This document shows positions 26,319-42,479 of a stretch of 64,000 nt of DNA, piece after piece. The stretch lies in contig NC_043014.1 of the NCBI RefSeq assembly GCF_006345805.1, forward strand, positions 4,402,001 to 4,466,000. Direction: 5' to 3'. A model generated the notes under the pieces. The model was not told the origin of the DNA, did no database searches, and saw only the letters and a list, made by a program, of their open reading frames with translations. This stretch comes from Octopus sinensis (Eukaryota). The position numbers were made by a program, and so were the translations under genes. How positions within the stretch are numbered: the first letter of the stretch is position 1; each line of letters starts with the position of its first letter.

Positions 26319-27153
26319 TGCAACTCCATTTAATTGAACAATGCAATCATTACATCAGTTTAAAATTTAGAGCAATTTTCAGCTGCAAAAACGTCGGATT
26401 TAATTAAATTACAACAGATGGACACATTTGTATAATTATACTTAAAATCTCCAAGATATTATAGAGAACATGTTGTCCCTACTTCAGCATAGCAGTTACT
26501 AAAATTATCAAGAAGACTCAGCTTACCACTGATTTTTTGTCTTTAGGGTGTCAGTTTTAATTTATAGACTAATTTACAAATCCTTTGTATATCTAAGGCT
26601 GAGAGAACATAGGGCAGTATCTGTTAGTGGGAGGGCTCAGGCAGTAGATAGACATTGTAGTTGGTATAATTATAAAATAATCAAGAATTATTATAAGCAA
26701 TACCATGAGGTTTAGTAAGGGAAAACATAAAACAAGATGTTAGCTGATAATTAAGGGGGTCGCACACTGGCAGACTATTGACAATGAAACGGAAGGTCTT
26801 ATCATATATTATAGTTAAATATTTTAAACAATGTTGCTATGAATACAGTTGATGTTTAAGGTTTTCCAAAGGATTATTAAGAAAAATATTATAACAAAAG
26901 GATAAAAATTGTTGAATACTTATTGTATTCATAAGTATTCATAAATTTCTTGATAATTTTATTAACTTCTATGCTGAAGTAGAGACAACATGTTCTTTGT
27001 GTATCTCCTTAACTTCTTGGAAATTTTAGGTATAATTATACTAATGTGTCAATCTGTTTTCATTTAATTAAATCCTATGTATTTGTGCAACTGAAAATTG
27101 CTCTATATTTTAAATTGATGTAATGATTGTATTGTTCAATTAAATGGAGTTGC
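26319..27153. repeat. Diverged inverted repeat (~190-200 bp arms, ~430 bp spacer) in G3 intron 3
   Basis: tgcaactccatttaattgaacaat...aaaattatcaagaa pairs with ttcttgataatttt...attgttcaattaaatggagttgca. Confidence 0.75.
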
Positions 27154-27200
27154 ATGAAACAATCGTACTGCATTATCTCTGGAAATCATTGTTGCTTACT

Positions 27201-27258
<58 letters not shown>

Positions 27259-27464
27259 GAGAATGCAAATGCACTGCTACGTTCTCATGAATACAGCATC
27301 ACACAGCTTACACTCACATAAACACTAATATATACACCACAATTCGTTCACACGCTAGTAAACATGACTTCTTTTAAGTGAAAAATTGTAATGAATGTTT
27401 CCGTTATTTCATATATAATTTTGCTTAATATCTTTTTTATTTGATATATTCTTACCAATTCTAG

Positions 27465-27961
27465 GAGTGGCTGGTGGACAATTTTATGACCACACAGGTG
27501 GCGGAAGTAATCTCTTGTGTTTACCTAACGATCCCATTTGGGCCAATTATACGACTGAAGTTGAAGAAGGTGGTCACATTTATGGCAGTGAATATCAATT
27601 AAGCCATCACTCAAATAAACTCTTTTCTTTTGCTAATGCTAAAGCACTTCATGATCACAACGTTCCGTGTGCTGTCTGTTTGACACGTCAACCTGCTGTT
27701 GTTATGATGTTACCAGCCAGGACACAGTGTTACGCTGGTTGGACAGCTGAGTATTCAGGATATTTGATGGCCGAATATTATAATGGTAAGGGCAGACAAG
27801 AATATGTGTGTGTGGATTATGCACCAGAAGCTGATCCAGCAGGTTACAGAGACGAAAATGGAGCTCTATTATATTTCGTTCAGGCTTCTTGTGGTTCATT
27901 GCCATGTCCACCGTATGTCAATGGCCAAGAATTATCCTGCGTTGTGTGCAGTAAATATTGA
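27465..27961 (+). CDS. Gene G3 exon 4; spliced CDS 768 nt, 255 aa
   Basis: ttctAG acceptor, intact frame, one-codon deletion in a variable loop relative to the paralogs. Confidence 0.9.
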
Positions 27962-29485
27962 ATAGAAATTAAATTCGGTTCCATATGAAAATATCTCTGT
28001 GAATTACAATAAATAACATAAAATTTCAATTGTGTTACCTAATATTTTCTTCAAATTATGTCTATCGTTACAATAAACTGTTGTACTAGTTTACAGAAGA
28101 TATTCAAACAATACAAAGGAGGCGACCTAGAATGCCAGAAATATCCTCAAAAACAAGAAAAATCTAAATCTGTCGGAATGATTCTAGAAAACATTTTGTA
28201 AGATTTCAGTGTATCAAACTTATCGTTGAAATAAAATGTTATTTTGTTTAACAGTATTTTGTCTTCTGTCTCATGATTCAACAAACCCCAAATAAAATAC
28301 CACCATAGAATTATATCAGCTTATCATGCACAGCCTTAGAAAATCTAATACTCGACGCTACTATCTCAGACATCTTGGTTTTCAAATTACAGCTCGGATT
28401 CTGACAAGGAGCCATGAACCGCTACATTACATAGCACAGAACTTAACTGATTCTTTCAACAACAACCAGATACTTCCACACAATCCATTCTATTTGCCGT
28501 TATTAATCAGGAAAGCTTTCCGATCCATTCCAAACCCATATCTTATAAAACCTTTACACTTTAAAACTTTACAAATATCACAAAATGTTCAATTTAAATT
28601 TTCTGAGAATGTGGAATTTACACGATCAATCCCTCAAAAGACAGTATAAATGAGTATTGGTCCTGCCAACCTAAATCTATATCACAAAATTCCCACCTCT
28701 CTTCAAAATAAGATACAAAATGAAACTCGATGCCCACAACATACACATCATATACTAAACGCTGATATACAAGAATAAGAACTGAAATCAACCAGAAAAA
28801 TTGCCTCATTTCGACAGCAGAGATCATCAAATACGACGATTTCTTTCACTCTACGTAAACATACCAGAACCGAAGAAAGGATGGATCCTAGAAGCTGAAT
28901 ACATTTCATGCGAAACGAATACAACACCCATAAAAGTGAGAGTAAAGAGAGCAAATATAGTCAGGGCAAGCACGGATGCTGTGTGTAAGAAGGCTGAGAT
29001 GTTGTGACCGTCACGTTATACACAATAGGATTCATGACAGTATGTTGGAGTGTGTCGAATATTTGTTAGATAAAAGAAGGGTTCGGTTAACAACATCAAG
29101 CTGCAATAAAGATTAAAGATTATTAATGTTTACTATCCCACTATTATTAGTCTAATGGGTAAAACCTGCATTCGTTTCTCTAGAATACAAATATTTTCCT
29201 AGTTGTAAATCGTAAACAATTGCAGAGAATACGGACGCTGGTAGATCTTCAAATTCATCTTTTGATTCAGCGGCATAATTAGACAGTTAAAACAACCGCC
29301 ATGTGTTTAAGCTGTACAGAGCATGCGCAGCTGCATACGCAACCCGCCATTACGATAGGAAAATTTATGGGACTTTGTTGAAAACTGACATGGCTGTAAG
29401 ATTTATTTTGTAGCTTATTTGAAATTAACCTAATTTCGCGGGCCAAACCGAGAGTGTTACACACACACACACACACGCACACACA

Positions 29486-29560
<75 letters not shown>

Positions 29561-31838
29561 TAAATTTGGTCAAACTATATCTGAGGGGTCTAATATGCTT
29601 CATCGAAGAATATTTAATCATAACTATGGAATTCCGTCGTACATATGCAGTCCATACGGAAGGTGCACTTGCGAATTGAGTTTCACATGGGAGACACTTT
29701 ACCTGTATGTTTTGCTATGATTTATAAAACAAGAAGAAACATATTCAAAGCTAGTGATAATGACTAGCTAAAAATATGTATGAATGTCATTATTCGGTTT
29801 TAATAGAATATTTCTGGCCAACAGAAAGAGAGACGGCTTCTAACTTAGTTCCAAGTATCTTTCATTGAAATTTCAACAACATGAACAGGATATTTTTGTG
29901 TGTATGTTTGTATGTATGTATGTATGTATGTATGTATGTATGTATGTATGTATGTATGTATGTATGTATGCATGCATGTATGTATGTATGTATGTATGTA
30001 TGTATGTATGTATGTATGTATGTATGTATGTATGTATGTATGCATGCATGTATGTATGTATGCATGTATGTATGTATGTATGTATGCATGTATGTTTGTA
30101 GGTATGTATGCATGTATGTATGTATGTATGTATGTCAGGTCACTTTCGTGTGCTACTGGTAACATGTAACCCAGTACAACCTGTTGCATTGTCGGGTCGT
30201 CGGCGACTAAACCGGCAACGCAACCAAGCTTGCTTGGTGAGGAGGATGTTTACTGGACACCCTGCGAGATGAAAAACAATACCCGTCAAAGGGCGGAGGA
30301 ATTCTTGAGAGTCAAAGGCCATCCAATAAATGTCTTAAGGGTGTATCATGCGCGGGGACATAGAAATAATCGGACTGAATACCAGATCGCGCATTTAAAC
30401 CATTGGGAGTGAAGGACTCCTAGCCTTTGTTAGGGCATCCTTCTAGGAGAGGGTAATTCAGGTAACTAGGATAACTCCGACATAAAACCTGCGGCTCAGT
30501 GGTTACCGATGATGTTGACTTTTACTTCTTTTCGGATTATGGCTGCTGTTGATTAGTGACTGGGATTGACTCAGTGCACAGCCTTTCCTCGCTTTAAAAA
30601 AAATCTTCATGCACAGGCATTGCTCGATAACAACATTGATTAAGCACCGAGCAATGGCCATACTCGATAACGAGGGGGCAGCCACCAAGTATGAATGTAT
30701 GTATGTATGTATATATGGATGTAAGTATGTATGTATGTATATATGTATGTATGTATATATATGTCTATCGATATATACATGCTTACATTCATACATACAT
30801 GCATGTGAATGTATGTAGGTATGTATGTATGTATGTATATATGTATGTATGGGTGTATGTATGTATGTATATATGTATGGATGTATGTGAGTGTGTATGA
30901 ATGCATGTATGATTGTATGGGGGAATGTATGTATGTATATATGTAAGTATATGTGTATGTATGTATGTATCTATGTGTGTGTGTATGTATGTATGTATGT
31001 TTGTATGTATGTGTGTATGTATGTATGTATGTATGTATATATGTGTGTGTGTATGTATTTATGGGGGTATATATGTATGTATGTGTGTATGTAAGTATGT
31101 GTGTATGTATGTATGTGTGTATGTATGAGTGTATGTATGTATATATGTATGTATTGGGGTATGTATGCATGTATATATGTAAGTATGTGTGTATGTATGT
31201 ATGTATGTATGTGTGTATGTATGTATGTATGTATGTATGTTTGTATGCCTGTATGTATGTGTGCATGTATGTATGTATATATGTATGTATGTATGCATGT
31301 ATGAATGTATGTATGCATGTATGTATGTATGTGTGCATGTATGTATGTATGTATGTATGTATGTATGTATGCATGTATGTATGTATGTATATATGTATGT
31401 ATGAGTGGGTGGGAATTGGTAGGTTTTGATTTTGATATTCACATAAAACTTTTCTAATCCGATTAACGCTTGTTGTGAAGAATCCAATCCGAACAGCGGA
31501 CTTCATTAGATTAAGTCTTGTGATTACTGTGTGGGTTGAACGAATTAAATCCCACACTGAATATTAAAACAGTGTTTGAGTGTGTGTGTCAGTTTGTGTA
31601 TGTGTGTGTGTCAGTGTGTGTGCGTGTGTGTGTGTGTGTCAGTTTGTGTGCGTGTGTGTGTGTGTGTGTTAGTGTGTGTGTATGTGTGTGTCAGTGTGTG
31701 ACTGTGTATTTGACACTGTGTGTGTATGTGTGCGTGTGTGTCAGTGTTTGCATCTGTGTGTGTCAGTGTGTGTGTGTGTGTCAGTGTGAGTGTGTGTGTT
31801 AGTGTGTGTGCGTGTGTGTGTCTGTGTGTCAGTGTGTG

Positions 31839-31893
<55 letters not shown>

Positions 31894-32324
31894 TTTGTGT
31901 CTGTGTATTCGTCTGTTGAACGAAATATTTCCCACACTGAATATTAAAACAGTTTCCCAATAATAACAAATAAAATTAAATAACAACATTAGTAAATAAA
32001 TATATCATAATATATCCAGAAACAGGAATCATTTCACTTTACACGTGTCTCTCATTCATCAAAATATTTTGCTAATTATTGTGTGACAATATCAAACCAT
32101 CTCTTTCCAATAATTAAACCTGTCAGACAAGTTCACACCCGCTTTTACAGTTCCACCAATCGCCTTGGTTCATAAATTTACGATAAGATCTATGCCAGAG
32201 CTGGGTTGTTGTGCGCTCAATAAATACGTGGAATTCAGTTACAGGTCTTCAGCTTAAACCTCGCATCTCGATCTTTTGTTGAAGCCACACGAAGTATCAC
32301 GTACGACCGACAACTGTCACCAGA

Positions 32325-32468
32325 ATGGATTTCGCACAACTGTCCAGGAATATTTCGCAGCGTTATTCCATTTCTTCTCTCATAGCTTTTGGGGTTCTTC
32401 TCGTTCTGACGATCGTGATTCTTCATCAAGATTCAAGAATAGGAAAAATGGAAGAGAAATCGAAAACG
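32325..32468 (+). CDS. Gene G4 exon 1
   Basis: Identical peptide to G2/G3 exon 1; GTAAGT donor. Confidence 0.82.
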
Positions 32469-32849
32469 GTAAGTCATGGATTTTGTGTTAATATATTTAC
32501 GTCTTTATGTATTTATATATGCATGTATGTATGTATGCATTTACGTATGTATGTATTAATATGTGGATGTATGTACGTACGGATGTATGGATGGATGGAC
32601 GGATGTATGCATGAATCACGTACATATGTTCCTATGAAGCACACACACACACACATAACATCCATCACACACGTAATCACACACGAAAACACAGACGCAC
32701 ACACCTAATCATACATATATGTATATACATATATATACATATACATATATATGAATATATATTAATGCCTGAACATATATAGATACATGTATACAAACAT
32801 ATATATGCGTGTGTGTATCTATCTCTGTATCTCTCTGTCTATCTCTCTC

Positions 32850-32904
<55 letters not shown>

Positions 32905-33645
32905 TTGTGTGGTAGTGTGTGTTTGTGTATAAATATATTCTTTTACCCGTTTCTGTCATTTGATTACGGCCAAGCTAGAGCACTGCATTTAGTAGGACAA
33001 ATCGACTTCAGGAATTATTTTTTGTAAACCTAGTGCTCATTCTATCGGTATTTCTAGCTGAACCGCTATGTAACGGGGACGTAAACACACCGACATCTGT
33101 TGAGAAGCGATAGTGGTGCGACAATAACAGACACATATATAATACATAAGATACGTACATACATACATGTGTGTGTGAGTGTGTGTGTGTGTGTGTATAG
33201 CACCCTTCTTTCAGTCTTAATCTACCAAATCTACTTAGATGGCTCTGGTCAGCTGGAGGTTAGAGTGGTAAGCATTCGTCCAATTCGTCCTTGTGGTTAA
33301 GAAGCAAGTGTTTTACCACACAGACACTGTAATATATGTATATATATATATATATACAGATAAAGGGCGAAATATAATTAATTTAATAAAATTTAATAAA
33401 TTTCACCTAGTAGTATTTCGGTATGGAAAAGGACCATATACGGTAAAAATTTATATAATTATAATAAGGGTTTTTTGCAAGAGGTTGCTTAAACCACATA
33501 CCGAAAATATTAGAAAAAGCAGTCAAAGGGCTACCATTTCTACCATTGTTGTAATAGAAATGGTAGGCCTTTGACTTCTGTTTCTAACATTTTCGGTATG
33601 TGGTTTAAGCAACCTCGTGCAAAAAACCCTTATTATAATTATATA

Positions 33646-33733
<88 letters not shown>

Positions 33734-33792
33734 TAACCCTCGGTCAGGGATTCGAAAGCGCGATCCTACGACCACTGGGCCATTGTACCTCT

Positions 33793-33827
<35 letters not shown>

Positions 33828-33905
33828 CATATCATATATACATACACACATATATAGTTACGTATGTATATACATACATATCTATCTATCAATCTATCTA
33901 TCTAC

Positions 33906-34089
<184 letters not shown>

Positions 34090-34798
34090 CTGTGTGTTCA
34101 TATATATATATATACATATACACACATCCCAAGGAAATACAAAGAAGAGTGGAATTGTACTCCTGTCCGATCGCTCTTTCACCAGACATAATCCTGGAGA
34201 GGGAAATAAGTGCGTAATGAAAAAAATCTAATGGTTGGGTTCTAGCATGGCCATACCCTGTGGCTGCAACGTTTAGCCCTATTAATATTAGTGTTAAGTA
34301 TTATATCTAGATGTACACTTACACACACGCACAGAAACGGACACATACAAACACACACACACACATAGGAATACGTACATATTTACACACATTTATCTAT
34401 TTCTCTCCATCAGGAACGGAAGTGAGGCGAGTTTTTTTGAATCTTTTCTTTCCAACTGAAAATAAAACGTGCGAGTGCCAATGTAGATCGGTGAATTTCG
34501 TAATATTTGACTGTAATTCACGTTGGTTTTTATATATGACAATATGTAAGAACGAATGTAAATACATACACACAGACACACGGACAAACACCCGCACAAA
34601 TAAACACAAACACACACACATACGCACGCACACAGACACACGTGCTCAATTGTACACGAACAATCACACTATACAGTGTATGTCCACTCACATATATGTG
34701 TGCGTTTGTGTGTGTGTATGCGTATAAGTAGATACGTATATTTGTGATATTTATGGTGTGTATGCCTAAGTATACGTGTATACCAATATATTGATATG

Positions 34799-34872
<74 letters not shown>

Positions 34873-34891
34873 ATATATATTTATATATATA

Positions 34892-35405
34892 CTAGCAGTA
34901 TCGCCCGGCGTTGCTCGGGTTTGTAAAGGAAATAACTATATAAGCATTTTTAGAGAGTTACTTCCCTTATAGATGCCAATTTGGGCTTTCTTAGCCATTT
35001 CTGTTTTGGTGTCTTCAAGCCATGAAGTCGTTGTTCTAAAAGAACGCTGGTCTCCCTGACAACGCTTTACGACGTTGATTTCCTAACACTCCCGTCCCCA
35101 CAGCTTCACGAGGGAGGGAAGAAGGGGGAGAAGCAAACAGGTGCAGGTGTGACCATGGACGCCAACTCCGCCGCCATCGACACACGAAAAATTATGCATT
35201 AAAATGGAATAAAAAATGATGTTAAATTATTTTTAAAATCGTAGACTCATCGTCGACGCGCGCTAATACTCAGACGGGCTCGATATGAATCACGACTATA
35301 AGATACCCGAATTTGGTTAAACTGCACCGCTAAATGTGGGAGTAGTTAGGAATCTAAATCGAAGGGGACAGACACTCACACAACTACAGTTTTATATATA
35401 TATAT
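34892..35405 (-). mobile_element. Non-autonomous Helitron, same family as 2829-3227, with extra internal segment
   Basis: Reverse complement of the CCCGAGCAACGCCGGG...CTAG terminus. Shares internal motifs (gtagactcatcgt..gacgcgcgctaata; gggagtagttaggaatctaaatcg). The 5' end is lost in a TA run. Confidence 0.8.
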
Positions 35406-37030
35406 ATATATGTCTGTGTGGAGGCGCAGTGGCCCAGTGGTTAGGGCAGCGGACTCACGGTTTCGATTCCCAGACTGGGCGTTGTGTGTGTTTAAAGCAC
35501 CACGACGCTCAGGGAGCGGGTTGTTGTGATCACTCTTTCGCTATAACTTTCTCCCTTTCTTCTGTTGGCCTTCTCGCTTAGCCAGCGGGGTGGCGTCATT
35601 TGAAGGCTAAAACAATGCGAAGCGCATTGTGACCAGCGATATGTAGCAACAACTGATAGCCTGGTCTGTAACGGTGATCACGGAGATATATGTATCATAC
35701 GCACACAATACACGCACACACACACATACACACGTACATACACACACACCAGCACAGATGTCCACATATACCTTTAACGAACAATACTCATACAGATACG
35801 CCCACACTTATACACACGCACAAACACGCACATACATGCACTTAAGCGCACACACGCTCACAAGCACACGCACGCACATTACGCCCACACAACTCCAAAA
35901 CACCCCACACACACACGCATGTACAAATTCACATACACACCGATACATATACATACACGCAATATACGCCTACACGCGCACACACACATACACATACGTA
36001 TACACATATAGACACATACGCACACACACACGCACGCTAAAACATGCGCACACATACGCACGCACACACGCACACGAACACACACACCGAAAACTCACAA
36101 CCACGGATACACGTATATACACCCATATACGCTTACACACACATACAAACGCACACGTACCCGCACACAAAACTCACGCACATACAAGACGCACGCACAT
36201 ACATGCACACACACACAAATGAACCCACATATATTTCCCATACACACGGCACACAATTATACATAAACGAACGCAATTATACACACAAACGCACAGTTAT
36301 CCGCCACACACCCAAACTCTACGCATACACACACATACACACACACACACTACAAACAAAACAAACACATACGCTCATACGTGTCATCATTGCTCACATA
36401 CCCACATACACACACGCACACATACACTAAGTAAAGAACAGTTATTCGCCACACAACCTAACACTACGCCTACACACACGAATACACATATTCATACACA
36501 AACACACACTACAAACAAAACACACACACATACTTCAAACTAGCAGTACCTGCTACTTGACCTTCGCTAGAGACAAAGGAATCCACGCCCAATTCCTTCT
36601 TCCTTGACCTTAACACTACTAGCCCTACAACACGCAACCACACACACACACACACGTGTCATCATTGCACACATACACAGAGGCACATACACGCACACGC
36701 AGGCCACCGCGCACGCTCTTATCCACACTTACACACACATTCCTCTTCCTCTACCACTTCTGTCGTTGAAAGAATTTCCTTCACCCGTTTCCTTCCGGTC
36801 ATTCAAAATGTGACGGCGTGTGTACCGTTGGCGATTTTTTTTCCTCTGTCTTCCCTCCTCTGGATCTTTCCTTCTCGTATGTTTCCGACGAAGAGCTCCA
36901 CCCGAAACGTTAAACCCTCCTTCCTTCCTTCTTTCCTGAGCGTCCAATAATACTATATTTGTTCCACGTCCTCGCGTTGTTGTGTATCTTTGTGCTTTCT
37001 TGTTTGGATTAAATTTAACTATATATATAC

Positions 37031-37087
<57 letters not shown>

Positions 37088-37575
37088 GAAATATGTGTGT
37101 GTGTGTGTGTTCTAGCAGGCATACCCGGCATTGCTGGGGATTAAAATGGCAAAGTTGGTATATAATATATTGCAGTCATTTTGAAACAGGTGATATGGGA
37201 AAGTGCAACATTGACAACGAAACATTTGTAGAGTAAAAGCTGGGCTATTGATATGTATATATATATGAGTGTGTGTGTGTGGAGGCGCAGTGGCCCAGTG
37301 GTTAGGTCAGCAGACTCACGGTTGTAGGAACGTTGTTTCGATTCCAAGACTGGGCGTTGTGAGTGTTTATTGAGCAAAAACACGAGGCTCTCTTTCTTCT
37401 GTTGGCCTGCTCGCTTAGCCAGCGGGGTGGCGTCATTTGAAGGCTAAAACAATGCTAAGCGCATTGTGACCAGCGATGTGTAGCAACAACTGATAGCCTG
37501 GTCGATCACGATGATCACGGAGATATGTGTGTATATATATATGTAGATATATTTGTGTGTGTATATGTGTGTGTA

Positions 37576-37615
<40 letters not shown>

Positions 37616-38344
37616 TGTGTGTGAGTGTGTGTGTGTGTGTGTGTGTACTGGCAGAAATACCCGGCATTGCTGGGGATTAAAATGGCAAAGTTGATATATG
37701 GTATATTCCAGTCCTTTTGAAACAGGTGATATGGGAAAGCGCAACATTGACAACAAAACATTTGTAGAGTAAATGCTGGGCTAATTCGACTAAGCAACAT
37801 GCTATGCGTCCGTTTGGAATGTTTCAGGCCCTAACCTGTCTTGCAAAATTGGAGGTGGGGTTTGTGTGATTTTTGAACGTACCAAAAAGCTGTCAGTGGA
37901 TATACTCTCCTTTGCAGCAGTGTGCGCTGTGTCTAACACGGCCCATCATCGGAAATTGAAACCTCACGTCGGGTTTGTTGTCCTACACCACTTATAGAGA
38001 AAATTTGGAGGAACTGTGGTTGTTCATTCGCGGGTACCAGAGAACCAATGAGGGGATAGACTTGCCCTTGAACTTTGCCGTCGGCGTAAATTCATGTTTA
38101 TCTATCTTCTTAGTTTCACCAAACGATGTCATTTGAAATTCAGAGTTGTATTGTCTGATATTCTTCAGAAAATCCTTTGACTTGATGGAAGCGCCTTCTA
38201 GAAGATTTCTAAGGGGTTAAGATGGTAGTGTTGGCAATGATACGTGTCCGAATATGTTGTCATCTATTGCATTGTTTTAAGTTCTAAGCGATAATAAATA
38301 CCCTGAAGTTCTATTTATATGATGCTATTTCTATTTTTTCACAG

Positions 38345-38396
38345 AACCGTTTCATCTCCAAGAAATCTCTCGACGATAAACCTGATGACACACCAA
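38345..38396 (+). CDS. Gene G4 exon 2
   Basis: cacAG / GTAAGA, 52 nt. Confidence 0.8.
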
Positions 38397-38649
38397 GTAA
38401 GAACTAATTTTATGGCTAAAGTCTTTTACCCGTGACTCATTAACAAATGATTTATAATTTCACCAACTTTGATTTAGTTCCACGTTATTATCCATATTTC
38501 CACAGAGATGTAGACTAAGATATTTGCCTGCATTTATTTTAAAATATATTCTCCTTTACAATAATTTCCTAAATAAAATGTTACTCTAATATACTATGCC
38601 ATTTATTGTGTGTATATGAGTATATATGCATTGCTACTTCGATAATTGT

Positions 38650-40320
38650 ACCAAGCCCTCTTCATAAATACAATCATTTGAACATCCATATAAGTATTTT
38701 ATGGCAACCAGTATTTACCCATTAAACTCACCTTCCTGGTAAACCATCCACAACATGCCCCAGGGCACGTGATCTTGAGCCTTTCCGTGGTTTACAGCGT
38801 ATAAACCTTGGAAATATTTCAGTGTTTGCTGGAAGATCTGTCTTTGAATGACTATCTGATCGGGTGTACTCCGTCCAAGACGGTAATCTTGGGCGCGACA
38901 ATTTCCCTACATATCTTTTCCTGACATTTAGTGTAGACTTTTCTATAATTGGAACGCACACTTTGGTCTCTGTTTGAAAATATTGTGGTTGTCACCCCAT
39001 ATTACCATTACTTTGATGTTTTTTTTCTAGAGGTCCCATCCACCTAGCATACATGGGTCACTCAGAGAATACCATCTGTATTTAAGATTTCTAATATATC
39101 AAACCGAACGTGCTTATCACCAGCAGCTTTACCACTTTTAAGTGAATTTAGCTCAAATAAGCGTTCAACCGAGGTAGAACCTGCCGAAAAAAATTATACA
39201 ATCGCGAATCCATTTCGATGTCCAAATTCATTCAGGCGGGTCACTCTCAGTTTGGATGCAAAGGACTCCATATTTTTGTTTCTGATCCCAGCATCCACTG
39301 CGGTTCCAACTGTATTCTGTAGGTCGCACTGGATTTACCAATTTCCAGTATTCGGCAGACTGTAGGAATTTTCAGGTTTTTAGACATTTAGGTAGTGCCG
39401 AGTTGACAACTCCGCCCCTTCCTTTTACCCGAACGTTCAGCAAAGAGTGAAAGAGGACCGAAATCTATCAGAAACCTCTGTCACCAAGTATTTCCATACC
39501 AGGCACCCTTATAAATATCCCTGTCTTAAAATAATCTCTATACCATAGAGAGGAGCGTGTGTATCCAGCACAGAAGGCTGCTATGATCTCTCCATTAATT
39601 TCACTGACGACATTCCTTCCAATCAATCCTTCTCACGGTTATCAGTGCCAAGGTGTGCACTGAAGTCTCCTTGCAGGACAAATGACTTTACCCCAAATAT
39701 ATCTAAAGCTGAGGTGAATTTGCTTAGGAAGGATTTGTATTTGACCCAGCTGTTTGCTGCATATACTTACAGCAGACACAGTGGTCCTTCATATTCAGCC
39801 TTAGCTTCAAGAGGAGAACCCTCACACCTAGTAGGTTTCACTCCCTAATACAATCCGAAAGCTGGGGATTGAGAGTATCCTAATCCCACCTGTGCAGTAA
39901 TAGTTGGCACCACAGTTGCGTAGTGGAGTTTCAAGCCTATATCCAAGTGTACGCTATCGGAAAAAGGAAATTTTGTAGAGGAGACACCGATTATATCTTA
40001 CAGGCAGATTATATCTAACAATTTTGACGTTTTAATTCTCAATTATTAAAGGTTGTTCCCTTCTTGATCTGCTTTCGTGTCCTGAGACCGTCAATTTTGA
40101 GCTCCCACCCCACGCACCCCAGATTATGTTGCAGGTTTCTTGCTTGTTGCACCGGTATTGGGTGGGGTGTGCTATACTTTTATCGAACGGACTCCTCTAC
40201 TCGAGATCCAGATGCGATGTCTTTTAACTAAATCGACAAATGATGCGGTATGGTTGTTATTTTCATATTGTAGTTATGATGGCCTTATTTGCGCCGAGCT
40301 CCAAACTGATATTTGTAATT
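38650..40320 (-). mobile_element. Degenerate RTE-clade LINE remnant in G4 intron 2 ('Y' lineage)
   Basis: Collinear with 23030-24660. Confidence 0.68.
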
Positions 40321-40721
40321 GACCGATGAATATTCGCACCTGGCGAATATTTTATCATTATTCTATTGAGTTTTATCATTATTCTATTGAGAAGTATATA
40401 TACTCATACCCAAGTTTACGTATCATACATACATCCGTTCATAGCGGAGACCGATACACATTCTGATATTCTGAGATTAATCTCTCAAATCTTTCACATC
40501 AACGTCGACAACAGGCTCAACAGACAAATGTCTTTTTTCTTTCTTTACAATTTATTCTTATTATTTACATCTTTCGTTCTGACTTTCATTCATGCACTCG
40601 TTCTTTCTTTAATTCTATATTTCTCTCTTCTCCATCAATTCCTTCCCATCCAACAACCTACTTTGTAAATGATTCCCCAATTCTTTCTTTTAACCTACAT
40701 TATTTCATTTTAATTTCACAG

Positions 40722-40796
40722 AACCCGGTCTCGGATCATTATATACCCGGTGGGGCAGAACAACTTGTCCTCCTTATTCAACACTTGTATATGACG
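40722..40796 (+). CDS. Gene G4 exon 3 (KPGLGSLYTRWGRTTCPPYSTLVYDG)
   Basis: tttcacAG / GTTAGT, 75 nt. Confidence 0.87.
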
Positions 40797-42196
40797 GTTA
40801 GTATACTTTATATTTCTGACCTCTCATTCCCTTTTTGTTTTCCTCTTGTTCTTTTTTTATACCTCTCATTCTCTCTTTTTGTTGACTCTCTTTCTCTCTC
40901 ACCCCCTCTCTCACGCACACGCACACACACTCACCCTTTGTCGGGTTGTCTGACATAAACATTCTCAAATTCTTTTATGATATGTCACGTTTCAAACGTC
41001 TATACCTGTAGACTATACAGACACTACTAAAGACTGCTTACTCCTTTGTAGGTATTTGGTCAAATCAGAATATTATATGTTGTCTACTACGGACCAAGTG
41101 AAAAGGATGTTGTCTAACCGCAGAATATAGATATCTCTACGTTAAATTACAGACAGGGGCTGGACTGAAAACCACCATGGCGATCAAGAATTTCAGGCTG
41201 ACCAGCTTTGGATTGTAGATATCAAATACCGAGGCTGCAAACTGGTGATCAATTGTACTGACTACGGATGCTGGTATTGTACGTGAGTGACCAGAGCTGA
41301 AAGTGGTCACTTGACTATCATTAACTAGAGTGCCCAATGATCGTAGGTGTGGACTAAATTGAATAGAGTCTATTTGAATTGATGACAGTGACTGTAAACG
41401 ATTAATGAAAAGAAAGCACAATGTAGAATGAGGACTGGACAAGCCACATACTGTAACTGATGGAAAAAGCTGAGGACTTTATTCATTAAGTAAAATATAG
41501 AGAGACTAAATATTAGTGAGAGAACACAACAGAGTACAGAATGCACTTCTATTCTTCTCCGCCTCACCGAAATCGTCCTATCGCTAAAACCTTGCTCTTT
41601 TCATGCACCACATCACTTCATTAATTATCCAGTATATCCTTGTAAGGTAATTCCGAAACTTGCGATTCAAAACTGCTGCTAAAAACCGCTTCCCCAATCA
41701 ACCTAACATTCCTTTAAAATGCTCTGAATCTACTCTCTATAAACCCTACACGTATCCTTTATCGGTCGTCCACTCCGCCGTCCATTCATCTTAAGCACTA
41801 CGCCATCACTGAACCTCACAATTTTTCCTCCCACCTCGTTTCTGTGTATTGCATGAAAAAAAGTCTGTGTGATCATAACGTCTATGTAAGCCTGATTCGT
41901 TCGAGTCTAAACGAGAGGTTTAGCCACTGACTCTCGTATGATCGACTGAACAACATTTCATCGACGGTTACCCACCACTTCTCTGCATCTCGTCGTCTCC
42001 CGTATTGTCCTACTCAAACCTCCTACAATTTCCACCATCCAAAATATCCCCGTTCACACGTGAACATGTTTTCCATTTCGGAAAAACACGAGTGCATGCG
42101 TTATAAAATATCTTTCTTTTTCTTCATCAATATATAAAATTGGATTTGCATGAAACAAGCGTACCGCATTACATCTGGAGATCATTGATGCTTCTT

Positions 42197-42260
<64 letters not shown>

Positions 42261-42479
42261 GTACATATGATGAGAAGGCAAATGCACAGCTACGTTCTCA
42301 AGCATTCAGCAACACACAGCTTACACTTACATAAACACTAACATATATACACCACAATTCGTTCAAACACGACTAAACATGACTCCTTTTAAGGGTCAAT
42401 TTGTAATGAATATTTCCGTTATTTCATATATAATTTTGCTTAACATCTTTTTTACTTGATTTATTCTTACCAATTCTAG

